From assembly GCA_963794945.1 (NCBI GenBank), contig CAWCFT010000009.1:32001-96000 (forward strand): a DNA stretch of 64,000 nt, given 5' to 3'. Shown here piece by piece: positions 13,054-25,225 of the stretch. Origin of the DNA: Endomicrobiales bacterium (GTDB lineage: Bacteria; Elusimicrobiota; Endomicrobiia; Endomicrobiales; CAWCFT01). The stretch's first letter is position 1. Every line of letters begins with the position of its first letter. The position numbers and the translations under genes were made by a program. Below the pieces are notes generated by a model. That model saw nothing but the letters and a program-made list of their open reading frames with translations, was not told the origin of the DNA and ran no database searches.

Positions 13054-14527
13054 ATGAAAGGACAATTTATTATTTTAATTATTTTCGGTATTCTCTTGAG
13101 CGGTTGCGCTGTGGGACCGAAATTTAGCAGCCCGAAAATGGCAAACATGACCGGGTATGCGCTAGACATATCTACCGGAGAACCATCTGCCGGTAATGCC
13201 GGTTACAGAATGCAGGCTTTTGCCCCGGGCGAAGATATCCCCGCCCAGTGGTGGGAGCTGTTTCACTCAAAAGCGCTTGACACCCTCATAAAGCGGGCCA
13301 TCGCGAACAGCCCGACTCTAACGGCCGCACGAGACCTTAAGTAACGCACGCGAACAAAGGCGCGCTCAGTCCGGTGCGTTATTCTTTCCTTCAGTTGATA
13401 TCGGCCTGTCCGCGACCCGTGAAAAATTCAACGGAGTAGCTATCGGTATTCCGGAGCTCGGCACGACCGTATTCACGCTCTACGACGCCTCAGTCAACGT
13501 GTCCTATGTGTTCGACGTTTTCGGAGGCAGCCGCAGGCAAGTGGAAGCCATGAGGGCTCTAGAGGAATACCAAAACTTCCAGCTCGAGGCTGCCTACCTT
13601 ACGCTGACCACCAACATAGTCACAACAGCCGTTCGGGAAGCGTCACTTAGGGCACAGCTTAACGCAACATTGGAAATATCCTCCACGCAGGAAAAGCAGC
13701 TCGGTATAATAGAGAAACGATTCGACGTCGGAGCGGCCTCTCTAACTGAGGTCCTTACCCAGAAAACGCTTCTCGCACAGGTTAAGGCATCAGTGCCTCA
13801 AATTGAAAAGCAGATCGAATCCACGCACCGTTTGCTGGCGGTCCTGGCTGGAATTATGCCTGGAGCAGCGTCACCCCAGCCTGACAATGCTTCCTTTATA
13901 CCAGAATTCCGGCTTGAGGAGCTCACTCTTCCTGAAAAACTGCCGGTAAGCGTTCCGGCGCTTTTGGTGCGGCACCGCCCTGACATCCGCGCCCAGGAGG
14001 CGTTACTGCACCAGTCTAGCGCGCAGATCGGTGTTACTGACGCTAACCTTCTGCCGCGTATCACCCTCGCCGGTAATGAGTCGTGGGAGTCAGGTTCAAC
14101 GGACAATTTGTTCAGTAACGATAACAACACGTGGCTATACATTATCGGGCTACAGCAGCCTGTATTTCAAGGGGGCGCGCTTACAGCCCAGCGCCGCGCG
14201 GCTATAGCAGCCTACAACGAGGCGGCGGCACAGTACCGGCAAACAGTTCTGGTCGCTTTCGAGAACGTCCAGGATTCCCTTCGTGCCATAGACAAAGATT
14301 CGGCCACGCTCGATGCTGAGTCGCTGGCAAAAGATTCGGCGGCTAAATCTCTGGATGTCACTCAAAAACAATTCACGCTCGGAGCGGTCAGCTATCCGCT
14401 CCTGCTTGCCGCTCAGCAGCAGTACCAGCAGACAGATATAAGTTTTGTGCAGGCGCAGGCGGCTCTATATGCCGATACGGCCGCGCTTTTCCAGGCGCTT
14501 GGCGGAGGATGGTGGAACCATGGCTAA
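13054..14527 (+). CDS. RND efflux outer membrane lipoprotein, frameshift near 13335
   Basis: Lipobox LSGC, WWELF, then SYVFDVFGG, RPDIRAQEA, LFQALGGGWW. Confidence 0.88.
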
Positions 14528-15620
14528 ACGTATGATCTTAATGTTGTTAATGGTCGGGATATTATTCGGCGGTATATTCGGTTTTAAGCTGCTGCAGGCC
14601 TCAATGCAGAAAAAATATATGTCAAAATTTCAGATGCCTCCGGTCGTCGTCTCGGCCGTGAAAGCCGAAGATCAGAAATGGCAGGATCAATTCAAGGCTG
14701 TGGGCAGCCTCCGCGCCGTAAACGGCGTCTTCGTCACCTGCGAGGTTGCCGGCATGGTGCAGAGCATACATTTCAGGCCCGGTGACCATGTAAAGAAAGG
14801 TGACCTGCTCGTACAGTTAAACGCAGATTCAGACATAGCCTTGCTGCGTTCGCTTAAGGTGCAGGCGGAACTCGCCGCAACCGTCTATGAGCGCGACAAG
14901 AAACAGCTAGAGGTGCAGGCTATAAGCAAAGAGACTCTTGACGCCGCAAAGGCCGATCTCGACAGCAAGCGCGCCCAGGCCGAGGAGCAGAGGGCTCTCG
15001 TCGTTAAAAAGAGCATCATTGCGCCATTCGACGGCAAGCTAGGCATCAACAATGTCACTTTGGGGCAGTACCTCAACCCCGGCAGCACAATCGTGAGCCT
15101 GCAGGCGCTGGGCACACTTTACCTCGATTTCTTTCTACCCCAGCAGAGCGTCTCTAACATTTCCGTTGGCCAGCAGGTCTTCTTTACAGTAGACGCATAC
15201 CCCGGGAAACGTTCAACCGGTATAATAACCAGTATCAACCCCAACATAGATCCCGCCACGCGTAACATCGAAGTGGAGGCTACAGTTAAAAATCCGGAAC
15301 AATCTCTCTTACCCGGCATGTTCGTTTCCCTCGACCTCCTTGTCGGCAAAGAAGCGCAATACATAACAGTGCCCCAGACGGCAGTGACGTATAACCCCTA
15401 CGGCGATATTATTTATTTGATAGAAAACAACAAGGCAAAACAGGTCTTAGTTGACGTGGGTGAGACCCGGGGAGACCAGGTCTCTATCGTCAAAGGCGTT
15501 AAAGAAGGAGACACGGTCATTACCGCCGGCCAGTTAAAGCTTAAAAACGGAAGCCCGGTCGTCATAAACAACAAGATACAGCCCTCTTTCGTAGAAGAAC
15601 CGGACCCGAACGATGAATAA
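14520..15620 (+). CDS. RND membrane fusion protein
   Basis: N-terminal TM, VGSLRAVNGV, APFDGKLGI, LLPGMF, VPQTAV, GQLKL. Confidence 0.9.
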   Translation: MAKRMILMLLMVGILFGGIFGFKLLQASMQKKYMSKFQMPPVVVSAVKAEDQKWQDQFKAVGSLRAVNGVFVTCEVAGMVQSIHFRPGDHVKKGDLLVQLNADSDIALLRSLKVQAELAATVYERDKKQLEVQAISKETLDAAKADLDSKRAQAEEQRALVVKKSIIAPFDGKLGINNVTLGQYLNPGSTIVSLQALGTLYLDFFLPQQSVSNISVGQQVFFTVDAYPGKRSTGIITSINPNIDPATRNIEVEATVKNPEQSLLPGMFVSLDLLVGKEAQYITVPQTAVTYNPYGDIIYLIENNKAKQVLVDVGETRGDQVSIVKGVKEGDTVITAGQLKLKNGSPVVINNKIQPSFVEEPDPNDE

Positions 15621-15629
15621 ATTAACAGC

Positions 15630-15783
15630 AATCTCGAATAAACAATTTCGAATCTCGAAGAAATATCAAATATGCAATAAGAAAACTGCAAAATAGCGTT
15701 GAATTGAAGTTAGAAATATTTTCTGCTATTTAATATTAATTATTGCAGTTTGTTTCGGATTTCGAGATTGTATATTCGAAATT
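15630..15783. repeat. Intergenic imperfect inverted repeat built from short TTCGAA/CTCGAA units
   Basis: Left arm aatctcgaataaacaatttcgaa...tgcaataa pairs with right arm ttattgca...ttcgagattgtatattcgaaatt. Confidence 0.6.
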
Positions 15784-15800
15784 ATTTTACTGAGGTAAAT

Positions 15801-18800
15801 ATGAAATTTACAGACTTATTCATTAAACGGCCGGTGTTGGCCACTGTCGTCAGCCTGCTTGTACTCGTGCTGGGGCTGCGTTCCATGTCCCTGCTGCCGG
15901 CAAGGCAGTACCCGGTCACGCAGACAGCGGTGATAAACGTAAGCACAACGTATTTCGGCGCCGACCCGTCGCTGGTGGCGGGTTTTATCACCACGCCTCT
16001 CGAAACCGCTATAGCTCAGACCAACGGGATAGACTATCTGACATCAACGAGCCTGCTTGGCGTAAGCTCTATACAGGCATACCTGCGGCTCAATTATGAC
16101 GCGGACAAGGCGCTTACGGAGCTCTCCGCCAAGGTCAACTCCGTGCTTAACCAGCTCCCCCGAGAATCCCAGCAGCCGGTCATCACACTGCAGACCGGCG
16201 AAACGGTCGACTCGATGTACATAGGTTTCTATAGCGAAGTCCTCCCCACAAACAAGATCACCGACTACCTTATCAGGGTTGTTCAGCCGAAGCTGCAGAC
16301 CGTGCCCGGCGTTCAGACGGCTGAGATATTGGGGCAGAGGCAGTTCGCCCTGCGGGCGTGGCTCGACCCCGACAAAATGGCGGCGCATAACGTCACCTCA
16401 ACCGAGGTCTCGAACGCGCTCGCGGCCAACGACTTCATCTCAGCGGTAGGAAGGACCAAGGGGCTCATGGTGGCGAGCGAGCTTACCGCGGCGACGGGGC
16501 TGCACTCGGTGGAAGAATTCAAGAGCCTCGTGATAAAATCCAGCGGCGGAGCCGTTGTGCGCCTAAGCGACGTCGCGAACGTCACCCTCGGCGCCGACAA
16601 TTACGACACCGCCGTTTCTTTTGACGGAAAGAGCGCGGTGTTTATAGGCATACAGGTCTCGCCTGCCGCGAACCTGCTCTCTGTCGCCGCGGGCGTGCGC
16701 AAGGTTTTCCCCTCCGTGCAGCAGGAACTGCCGGTGGGCTTGAGCGGCCGCATAGTTTACGACGCCACTAAATACGTCAACAACGCCGTCAGCGAAGTTG
16801 TTCTGGACGCTGATCAAAGCGCTTATCATAGTAACGCTTGTTATTTTCTTTACTCTCGGCACAGTGCGTTCGGTCATCATACCTACCATAGCCATACCAC
16901 TTTCGCTGGTAGGGGCATTCTTCATAATGCTTTTGCTGGGCTACTCCATAAACCTGCTTACCCTGCTCTCATTGGTTCTCGCCATCGGACTTGTTGTGGA
17001 CGACGCTATTATAGTTGTAGAGAACACCCAGCGCCACATAGAAAGCGGTGCGCCGCCTATGCAGGCAGCCCTTGAAGGCGCGAGGGAGCTCGCGGGGCCC
17101 ATCATAGCCATATCTGTGGTGCTTATAGCGGTGTACATTCCTATAGGGTTCATGGGCGGTTTAACTGGCGCGTTGTTTACCGAGTTTGCCTATACGCTGG
17201 CTGGCGCCGTAGCCATCTCCGCCATTGTCGCGCTGACGCTGTCGCCCATGATGAGCTCGCGGTTCCTAAAGAACAGGGCCGAGTGCCACAAGGAAAAGTT
17301 GTCATGTTTTATCACTAAGGAGTTCGATAAACTGCGCGACGTCTACGAGAAACTGCTCAAGGGCAGCCTTAAATACCTGCCTGTGACCGGTGTCTTCGCA
17401 GCCATTATACTCGCCAGTAACTACTTCCTTTTTGTTTCATCCAAAAGCGAGCTCGCGCCCCAAGAGGACCAGGGTATAATCATAAATTCCATGCAGGCGG
17501 CTCCTGATGCTTCGCTTCAACAGACCAGGCTCTACACGAGGCAGGTGTTCGAACACCTCTGGTCCTTCCCCGAAAAAGACCACACCTTCCAGTTCGACGG
17601 CGTGGCGGGGCTTAACTCCGCTATAGCAGGCCTCGTGCTTTCCCCATGGGACGAGCGCAAACGCACAGCCGCTCAGCTTCAACCGCTGGTGCAAAAGGGG
17701 CTCGACGGTATAACCGGGCTCCGCAGCGTAGCCTTCCAGCCTCCCCCTCTGCCGGGCGGCGGCAGGGGCCTGCCGGTGCAGTTCGTTGTGGAAACAACGG
17801 AATCGTTCGACAGGTTAAACACAGTTTCTCAGGACCTTACCGACCGTGCCCGCAAGACCGGCCTGTTCGCTTACGTAGATACGGACCTTAAAATTGATAA
17901 ACCCCAGATAAGCGTCGAGATGAACCGCGACATGATAGCCCTTCTCGGCCTAACCATGAGCGATGTTGGCGGTGCGCTCTCCAGCATGCTCGGCGAGGGC
18001 TACGTAAACTATTTCAGCCTTGGCGGCCGATCATACAAGGTAATACCCCAGGTTATGCAGAAAGACAGGCTCAACGCCGACCAGATCAAAGGCTATTACA
18101 TCCCGGCCGGCGGGATGACCATACCGGTCTCGACAGTTGCTACGCTCAAAAAAAGCGTGGTGCCGGAATCCATCAACCATTTCCAGCAGCTTAATTCCGC
18201 TACCATCTCCGCCGTGCCATCGAACGGAGTAACGCTGGGGCAGGCGTTGGAGTCCTTAACTGCCATTGCAAAGCAGACACTTCCGTCGGGTTACAGTGTT
18301 GATTACAGCGGAGTGTCCAGGCAGTATGTGCAGGAATCAAGCGCGCTGATTGTGACCTTCTTTTTCTCGATGGTGATAATCTTCCTCGCGCTCTCGGCGC
18401 TGTTCGAGAGCTTCCGTGACCCTTTCATAGTGCTTATAAGCGTACCGATGTCCGTGTGCGGCGCGATGATATTTATTTCTCTCGGAATAGGCGGCTCGAG
18501 CTTGAACATTTATACTGAGGTGGGCCTCGTAACGCTGATCGGACTTATAAGCAAACACGGCATACTGATAGTGCAGTTCGCCAACGACCAGCAGAAGGAA
18601 GGCAAAAGCAAGTTCGACGCGATAGTAGCTGCGTCAACAATCCGCCTGCGGCCGATACTTATGACAACAGCGGCCACAGTGCTTGGCGTAGTACCGCTGG
18701 TAACGGCAACCGGCGCGGGCGCGGCAAGCAGGTTCAACATGGGCCTTGTGATAATGACGGGGATATCGATAGGCACCCTGTTTACACTGTTCGTGGTTCC

Positions 18801-18915
18801 CGCCATGTACCTCTTTATGGCGGTAAACCTCACGGAAACAAAAAGCGCTATAAACGAATACCTTGAAAATATCAAACAGCCCGAGCCTGTCGGAAGCGGA
18901 TTGCAGTCAAAATAG
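15801..18915 (+). CDS. RND permease (AcrB/MexI-like), frameshift near 16805
   Basis: MKFTDLFIKRPVLA, AIGLVVDDAIIVVEN, LIGLISKHGILIV, RLRPILMTT. Confidence 0.9.
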
Positions 18916-18985
18916 GTGAATAAAGGCGGGATTTACGACGCGGCTAAAACTTAAGTATTAGCTGTCCAATTCTACGCTAAACTGA

Positions 18986-19564
18986 TTAAATAGTATGTGA
19001 AATATATTTATATTCCCTGATCCGGCATTTGCGTTCAGCTGTTACAGCGCCTACCCAAGGCCAGGGCAAAGCCAATGGTTTAATATACCAGGCTTGCTGT
19101 TCAAGTTCGACTTTTGTCCAAGTTTTATTTAATGATACGGAAAAACTCTGTAAACTGACGGATAATCCCTTGCCTTGCGCCTTAACGACTGATTCCTTCC
19201 TTGTCCAATAGTCATAAAATACCGGTTCCCATTTTTCCAATGATATTTGTTCCATCTGCTGGAACTCCTTTGGTGAAAAGCAGGTCTTAGCAAGGCTAGA
19301 TTTTTCATCGATTGGCAATATCTTTTCAATATCTATACCTATGCCCGGGAAACCAGTAACCGCTAAAACGGTAAATCCGCCTGTATGGGAAAGATTAAAG
19401 AATATTCCTTTATTATCCTGCAATTCGGGTTTACCCCATTGTGTCTTAGTAAATAAAATATCATCGGGATCCTTACTTATATACCGCGAAAGGATATGTC
19501 GGCGGATATTATTATCTTCTGAATCAATATGCCAGATGTGTATCTCGTTATGAAGTTCTCTCAT
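18986..19564 (-). CDS. Sfp-type 4'-phosphopantetheinyl transferase
   Basis: GKP, FNLSHT, IGIDIE, WTRKESVVKAQGKGL; directly downstream of the NRPS. Confidence 0.92.
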   Translation of the reverse strand: MRELHNEIHIWHIDSEDNNIRRHILSRYISKDPDDILFTKTQWGKPELQDNKGIFFNLSHTGGFTVLAVTGFPGIGIDIEKILPIDEKSSLAKTCFSPKEFQQMEQISLEKWEPVFYDYWTRKESVVKAQGKGLSVSLQSFSVSLNKTWTKVELEQQAWYIKPLALPWPWVGAVTAERKCRIREYKYISHTI

Positions 19565-19565
19565 C

Positions 19566-22500
19566 TCAATCCTCAGAGTTCGCTGACTGCGCCGGTATTC
19601 CCTGCCAGCGGGTATTAGCAGGCAATACCTCGCCTTTCATCATCAATGACAGGTCATCAAGGATGCTACCATCTTCCATCCTGCAATTATAGAGAACTGT
19701 GGACATGCTCCCAACACTTGTCCGTGAGGCGATCGATACAGGCCCCATTTTGATAACTCTGTCCTCAAACAAATGCGTCTGTAAATTAGCGTTCTCGTTC
19801 AAGGCGACGTCATCGCCGATATCAATAAGGTCGAATTCAGTATACCAGGTTGAATCGATATAACATCTCCTGCCTATCCGCATGCCGAAAAGCCTTAGCG
19901 CCCAGGAAATAAAAGGCGTGCCGCGCAGCATGGTCAGGAAAAAATGTTCGCAAAAATTGGAATAGACGGCGTTTATCAGGTCATTGCGCCAGACAAACGG
20001 GCTCCAGAGCGGCCTTTCCTGCGGTTTATAGCGGCCCGCGATGACCCATTTAAGCAGGACCGTTATTCCTATCCCCAAAACGCCAGCTGCCGCGTAAAGG
20101 ATCGGCAGAAGCAGCAGCCAGTGATTTAAATGAATATAATCCTGAAGTATATCGGTTGCCGTAATGATCAGCGAAGCAAGAACGATAAAGATCGTCGACG
20201 GTAAAAATACGCGGAATATCTCGATGAACATCCTTGTAGCCACAAGCTTGCGCGTGGGGCGGTATGTGGTCGACTCATGAAAATACTCGCCCTTGTAGCG
20301 CTGCGGCATGGCTATCGCCGGCGACCCGAACCAGCTTGTCCCGGCAGGCACGGGTTTTCCATCGTTATCCGGCGACTTTGACATTAAACCGATAAGGACA
20401 TTATCTTCCAGCGAAGTTCCGGAAGGGATAACCGCGCTGTTGCCGAGAAAAACCCGTTTTCCGGTCTTAACCTCATCTATCGTGACCCAGCCGCCGCTCA
20501 CTTCCGGCGCGCCGATAAGCGCGAGGTCCGCTATCATGCTTTCATCGCCCAGTATAAGAAGGTCGGGCTGGATAAGTTCCACGGCGGCTGATCTCCACGC
20601 GTTTGCCGATGCGCGCGCCCAGGGAGCGCAACCATGGGGCCGCGTAAAGCGTTTCGTATAACGACTCCGTCACATCGGTGCTCATGGTCATAAGCTGGTT
20701 GAAGAACCAGGTTTTTACATACCAGAAGCTATAGACCGGATACCGCCCGGGCTTAAGCCGCCCGACAAGCAGCCATTTGCACAGCCACAGCTCCACGCTA
20801 AGGAAAATAACGAACGAAACCGCTATCAGGGGAGCGGCAAACAGAAAGGAATAACCCTCCGCGGCGTGGCCCAGCTCAGTTATAACCATTATTCCCGGCA
20901 TTACCGCCGCGGTAATTACCAGGGGGAAAAGAAATATGCCTAAACCATAGACCAGCCACGACCTCTTGCTCCATGGTTTCATGGATGCCCCCGCTTGTCT
21001 TGCGCCAACGGGTTTGGCCGGCGACCCGTTCCAAACTTTTCCTGCGGCTATCCGCTCGCCGGAGGCAAGCACGGAAAGGTCGTCAAGGCAGGACCCGTCT
21101 TCCATCACGTTATCGCCGCCAAGCACGCAGCGGTTGCCGACGTAACAGCGCGAGCCGATCGTCACGCAGGCCAAATGAAGGATACCGTTGTAAACGGATA
21201 CTCCGTCTACCGAACTGTTAAGCCCGATACTGGAGCCGTCGCCGATAGTCAAAAGGTCAAACGAAGCAAGGCCGTGCGAGGCTATATAAACGTCCCTGCC
21301 GATCCTTGCGCCCATAAGATTGTAATATAAATTGAGAAAAGGAGTTCCGTCAAGATAATGCACGGGCGCGGCCCGCACGACCGCGCGCACAAGCCAGTAA
21401 CGAAAATAGAACCAGCCCCAGAGCGGATACTTTCCGGGCTTCATTTTGCCCAGCAAAGCCCATTTTAAAATTATTGAAAGGACCAGCGTAAAGGGCGTTA
21501 TAAGGAACAGAACTATGATGGAAACGGCCAGGCAGGTCTTTACGGGCCAATCCGCCACGGCAAGATAGCCGTAAGTCAAAAAAGGCCCCAGCCATTGCGT
21601 TATGTTGATCCCGCATAAAAACAGCACGCCGAAAGCCTGGCCGATCGAACAAAACGTGTAAGCCAAACGAGACACCGGACGGAAGGTATCGGTTTTTCCG
21701 GAAACTTTCTTTTCGGTGCGCTTTTTGTTTTCAAGCAGGCGGCACAATTTTTCCACGCTGGGGGCGTTATAAATATCACCCACCGAAACATGGGCAAACG
21801 CTTCGTTCTTGCGCAGTTCGGAAACAACCATTGCCGCGAGCAGGGAGTGGCCGTCGAGGTCAAGAAAAAAATCATCCGTTACTGAAATATCGGGGCGCTT
21901 TAATATCTTTTTCCAGGCAGAAACGACGGCTTCTTCCGCGTCCGTACGCGGGGCGGCATAAGTGCGGTTATTTTTCCCGACAACTGCTTTAGGGGCAGGA
22001 AGCCTGGCCCTGTCGATCTTGCCCGATGAAGTCAAGGGTAATGTGTCGATCTTCTCAATAAACGCGGGCACCATGTAATCTGGAAGTTTTTTGGAAAGAT
22101 ATTCCCTCACCATTGCGCGGTCAAGGGCCTGCCCGGAACGCAGCACGACCCAGGCCGCCAGCTGGTCCGTAGCTTTATGAACATCCACTGCCGCCGCCTG
22201 GATTGCAGGGATTTCGGATAAAACAGCTTCTATCTCCCCGCGTTCGATGCGGTAACCACGGACCTTAACCTGATCGTCAAGCCTGCCGAGAAATTCAAGG
22301 TTATCGTCAGGCAAATACCTCGCCTTGTCTCCGGAATGATATATCCGAACGGGAGCCCCATCGTTATCGGTCATAGTTGTAAATTTCTTTTGTGTAAGTT
22401 CAGGCTGTCCGAGATAGCCGCGGACAACGCCTGTGCCCGCGATACAAAGCTCGCCTGCTTCTCCCCGGGGAACTGGTTTTCCCGCTGCATCAAGCATATA

Positions 22501-23457
22501 TACCTGATATCCGGCAATAGGCCGCCCGATAGTAACAGGTTTCCCCGGCTCAAGCAGGGCCGCGGTTGTAATAACCGTGGCCTCGGTAGGGCCGTATGTG
22601 TTAAATATCTTTCTGCCGGGCTTATACCAGCGGGCGGGAAGCGTTGGAGGACATTCCTCCCCCCCAAAGATCAGCATGCGTAAGGTGGAGATATCCTTAT
22701 CCAGCATTGATATATAGGTCGGAACGCAGGAAAGGACTGTAATGCCAAGGCGTTCAAGATGTTCGGAAAAATCGGGGCCGGACCTGATAATATCCGGAGT
22801 GCCGGCGATCAATGCCGCTCCATTGGCAAACGCCATCCAGATCTCTTCTATCGAAGCGTCGAAAGCGGGTGAAGCGAATTGAAATATCCTGTCTTCGGGT
22901 TTTATGCCATAAATATTACTTTCTGTCTCGACAAGGCTTACCACATTTCTGTGCTCTACCATCACGCCTTTAGGGCGGCCCGTGGTCCCGGACGTGTATA
23001 TCACATAACAGAGATTTTCTGGATTAACCCCGGTTTCAGCCGTGGGTATCCGCGATGCGGGTTCTGATAAAGCCTCAGGAATTATTTTTTCTAAATATAA
23101 TATTTTGGCTTTATTGCTAACTTTGGCCGCAAGCTCATTGGTTGTAATAATGAATTTAATATCGGCATCATCCAGGATATAATTAATTCTTTCTATCGGT
23201 GTTTCGGGGTCAAGAGGCAGGTACGCGGCTCCGGCTTTTAGAACCGCAAGCATGGAACAATAAAGCCATTCATTCCTTGGTAAAAGTATAGCTATGCGCA
23301 CCTCAGGCTTTGCGCCATGTTTTTGGAAAATATGAGCAAGCCTGTTGGCATTTTTTTCTATCGTTCCATAAATAAAAACTGATTCGCCGCACTGCACGGC
23401 TGCCTTGTCAGGAAATAAACGCGCGCTTTTCTCGAAATATTCATGAAGTAGTTGCAT
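19566..23457 (-). CDS. Single-module NRPS-like protein (A-T plus membrane/beta-helix repeats), Pls/PosA-like; frameshift near 20585
   Basis: YVIYTSGTTGRPKGV, FDAS, NTYGPTE, GELCIAG, QVKVRGYRIE, LTSSGKIDR; T domain FFLDLDGHSL; three repeated TM + GARIG/GMRIG hexapeptide units; no C or TE domain. Confidence 0.88.
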
Positions 23458-23678
23458 TATTTCTCCATTAGTTAGACATTGATCCTACCTTTAAAGTTTC
23501 GCTGCGATATAAGCGCGGATGGCATCAATGTCCCTGGCGTAATCCTTAAACGGGATAGCGGTATAAACAAGCAAGGCATCCTCACTTGCGGTTCGGATGC
23601 CTTAACGGCTGCTGCATAACCGGTTAACTAATTGAATTATACAAGATTCAAACGGTAATAACTAATTTGGGCACGGAT

Positions 23679-24701
23679 TTATTTCAGCTTCATTCTGTCT
23701 GCCTGATACATGTTGTAGTGCTTTTCTATCATCTCCGGAATAGACAGGTTATAGGGGCAGCGTTTTACGCACACACCGCATTTGATGCACTTTTTTACTG
23801 ATTCCATTGCGTTACCCAGGAAGTCAACCGCGACTTTAGGCGATGTTCTATGGAGCATAACAGGATACCCCATAGCCGGAGTGATCGCAACGCCGTTCGG
23901 GCATGGCTGGCAATATTCGCAGCGGCGGCAAAACCGTTGACCCAGGCGGCTGCGGTATTCTTCCATCGTTTTGATGTCGGCTTCCTCAATCACATTCGGC
24001 CTGGTATAGATGTCCACAATACTGTCTATCGATTCTGCAGAATCACAGCCTGGTATGGCGACAGCTTCTGGATACTGCCTCAAGTATTTAAAGGCGAGCT
24101 CCGCGTTATCTATCGCCCCGCCGCCAAAGGGCTTCATGCAGATAAACCCAATTTTAAGCCCGCGCGCGGCCTCATATAAGCTGACGGCTTCGGTTTCTAT
24201 CAGGTTGAAAGGGAACTGGACGGTAGAAAATAACCCGGTCTTGACCAGCTTAAGGGCCATCTTCAAACTATGTGAAGTAACACCGAGGAAACGTATCTTC
24301 CCTTCCTTTCGCGCCTTGGCTGCCGCCTCAAGCCCTCCTCCTGCGCCGGTGAGCGTTTCCCAGTCCTTCTCTTGTGACACCTGGTGCATCTGGTACAGGT
24401 CTATGTGATCGGTTTTCAGCATCCGCAGGCTGTTGTCCAGTTGATCCATGACACCCGCGGCATCGCGTTTTGTAGTTTTTGTAGCGATTATCACTTTATC
24501 GCGCATACCAGTGAAGGCGATGCCCATCTTTTCCTCACTGTCACAGTACGCGTTGGCTGAGTCGTAGAATGTTATTCCTTTGTCGAACGCATGCCGGAGC
24601 ACCTTTACCGCGTCTATCTTCTCCAGCCGCATGATAGGTATGCCCCCGAACCCCAGCTCCGATATTATTAACCCTGTTTTACCAAGTTCTTTATACTTCA
24701 T
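23679..24701 (-). CDS. Aldo/keto reductase with C-terminal 4Fe-4S dicluster
   Basis: LGKTGL.ISELGFGG, DSANAY, IATK, DLYQMH, MKPFGGG; CRRCEYCQPCP and CIKCGVCVKRCP. Confidence 0.9.
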   Translation of the reverse strand: MKYKELGKTGLIISELGFGGIPIMRLEKIDAVKVLRHAFDKGITFYDSANAYCDSEEKMGIAFTGMRDKVIIATKTTKRDAAGVMDQLDNSLRMLKTDHIDLYQMHQVSQEKDWETLTGAGGGLEAAAKARKEGKIRFLGVTSHSLKMALKLVKTGLFSTVQFPFNLIETEAVSLYEAARGLKIGFICMKPFGGGAIDNAELAFKYLRQYPEAVAIPGCDSAESIDSIVDIYTRPNVIEEADIKTMEEYRSRLGQRFCRRCEYCQPCPNGVAITPAMGYPVMLHRTSPKVAVDFLGNAMESVKKCIKCGVCVKRCPYNLSIPEMIEKHYNMYQADRMKLK

Positions 24702-24735
24702 GCTTAACTCCCACAAATCTTATTGCCAATCCGGA

Positions 24736-25224
24736 CTAATTATTTGCCGGTTTTCCTAAAAATACTTTCAATTTATCTAACTGCTGAGTGAACCCAGCTT
24801 GCATGCCCTGGACAGCCATCCCGGCCTCAGGTCCGGTTTTGTGTATAGCTGCTCTAAGCTTTAGTTTAGTCCTGGCGCCATCCTTGGCCAATACAAGTTC
24901 TGTTGACTGTTCTATTGTGGTTTCCTTTTCTTTCCCTTCGGTCCAGGCCTTTGCTGTATACAAAAGCTTTTCGTTAGGCTCAACAACGGTAAAGTTTCCA
25001 AGCATTGGCCATTTAGTGCCTTTGTACGGACCCATCGCTTCTCCCGCTTCCATAACTATGTAAATTTTGCCCCCAACCCGCAAGTCAACTTCGCATTCTG
25101 GAATAGTAACATTATTCGGCCCCCACCATTGCTTAATTAAGCCGGGCGTGGTCCAGGCCTGCCAGACTGTTTCAGGCGAGGCGTCATATGTTCTTTCAAA
25201 TACTACTTCTTTAATCGGTTCCAT
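24736..25224 (-). CDS. SRPBCC/AHSA1-like domain protein
   Basis: ERTYDASPETVWQAWT, WWGP, DLRVGG, GFTQQLDKL. Confidence 0.85.
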   Translation of the reverse strand: MEPIKEVVFERTYDASPETVWQAWTTPGLIKQWWGPNNVTIPECEVDLRVGGKIYIVMEAGEAMGPYKGTKWPMLGNFTVVEPNEKLLYTAKAWTEGKEKETTIEQSTELVLAKDGARTKLKLRAAIHKTGPEAGMAVQGMQAGFTQQLDKLKVFLGKPANN

Positions 25225-25225
25225 A

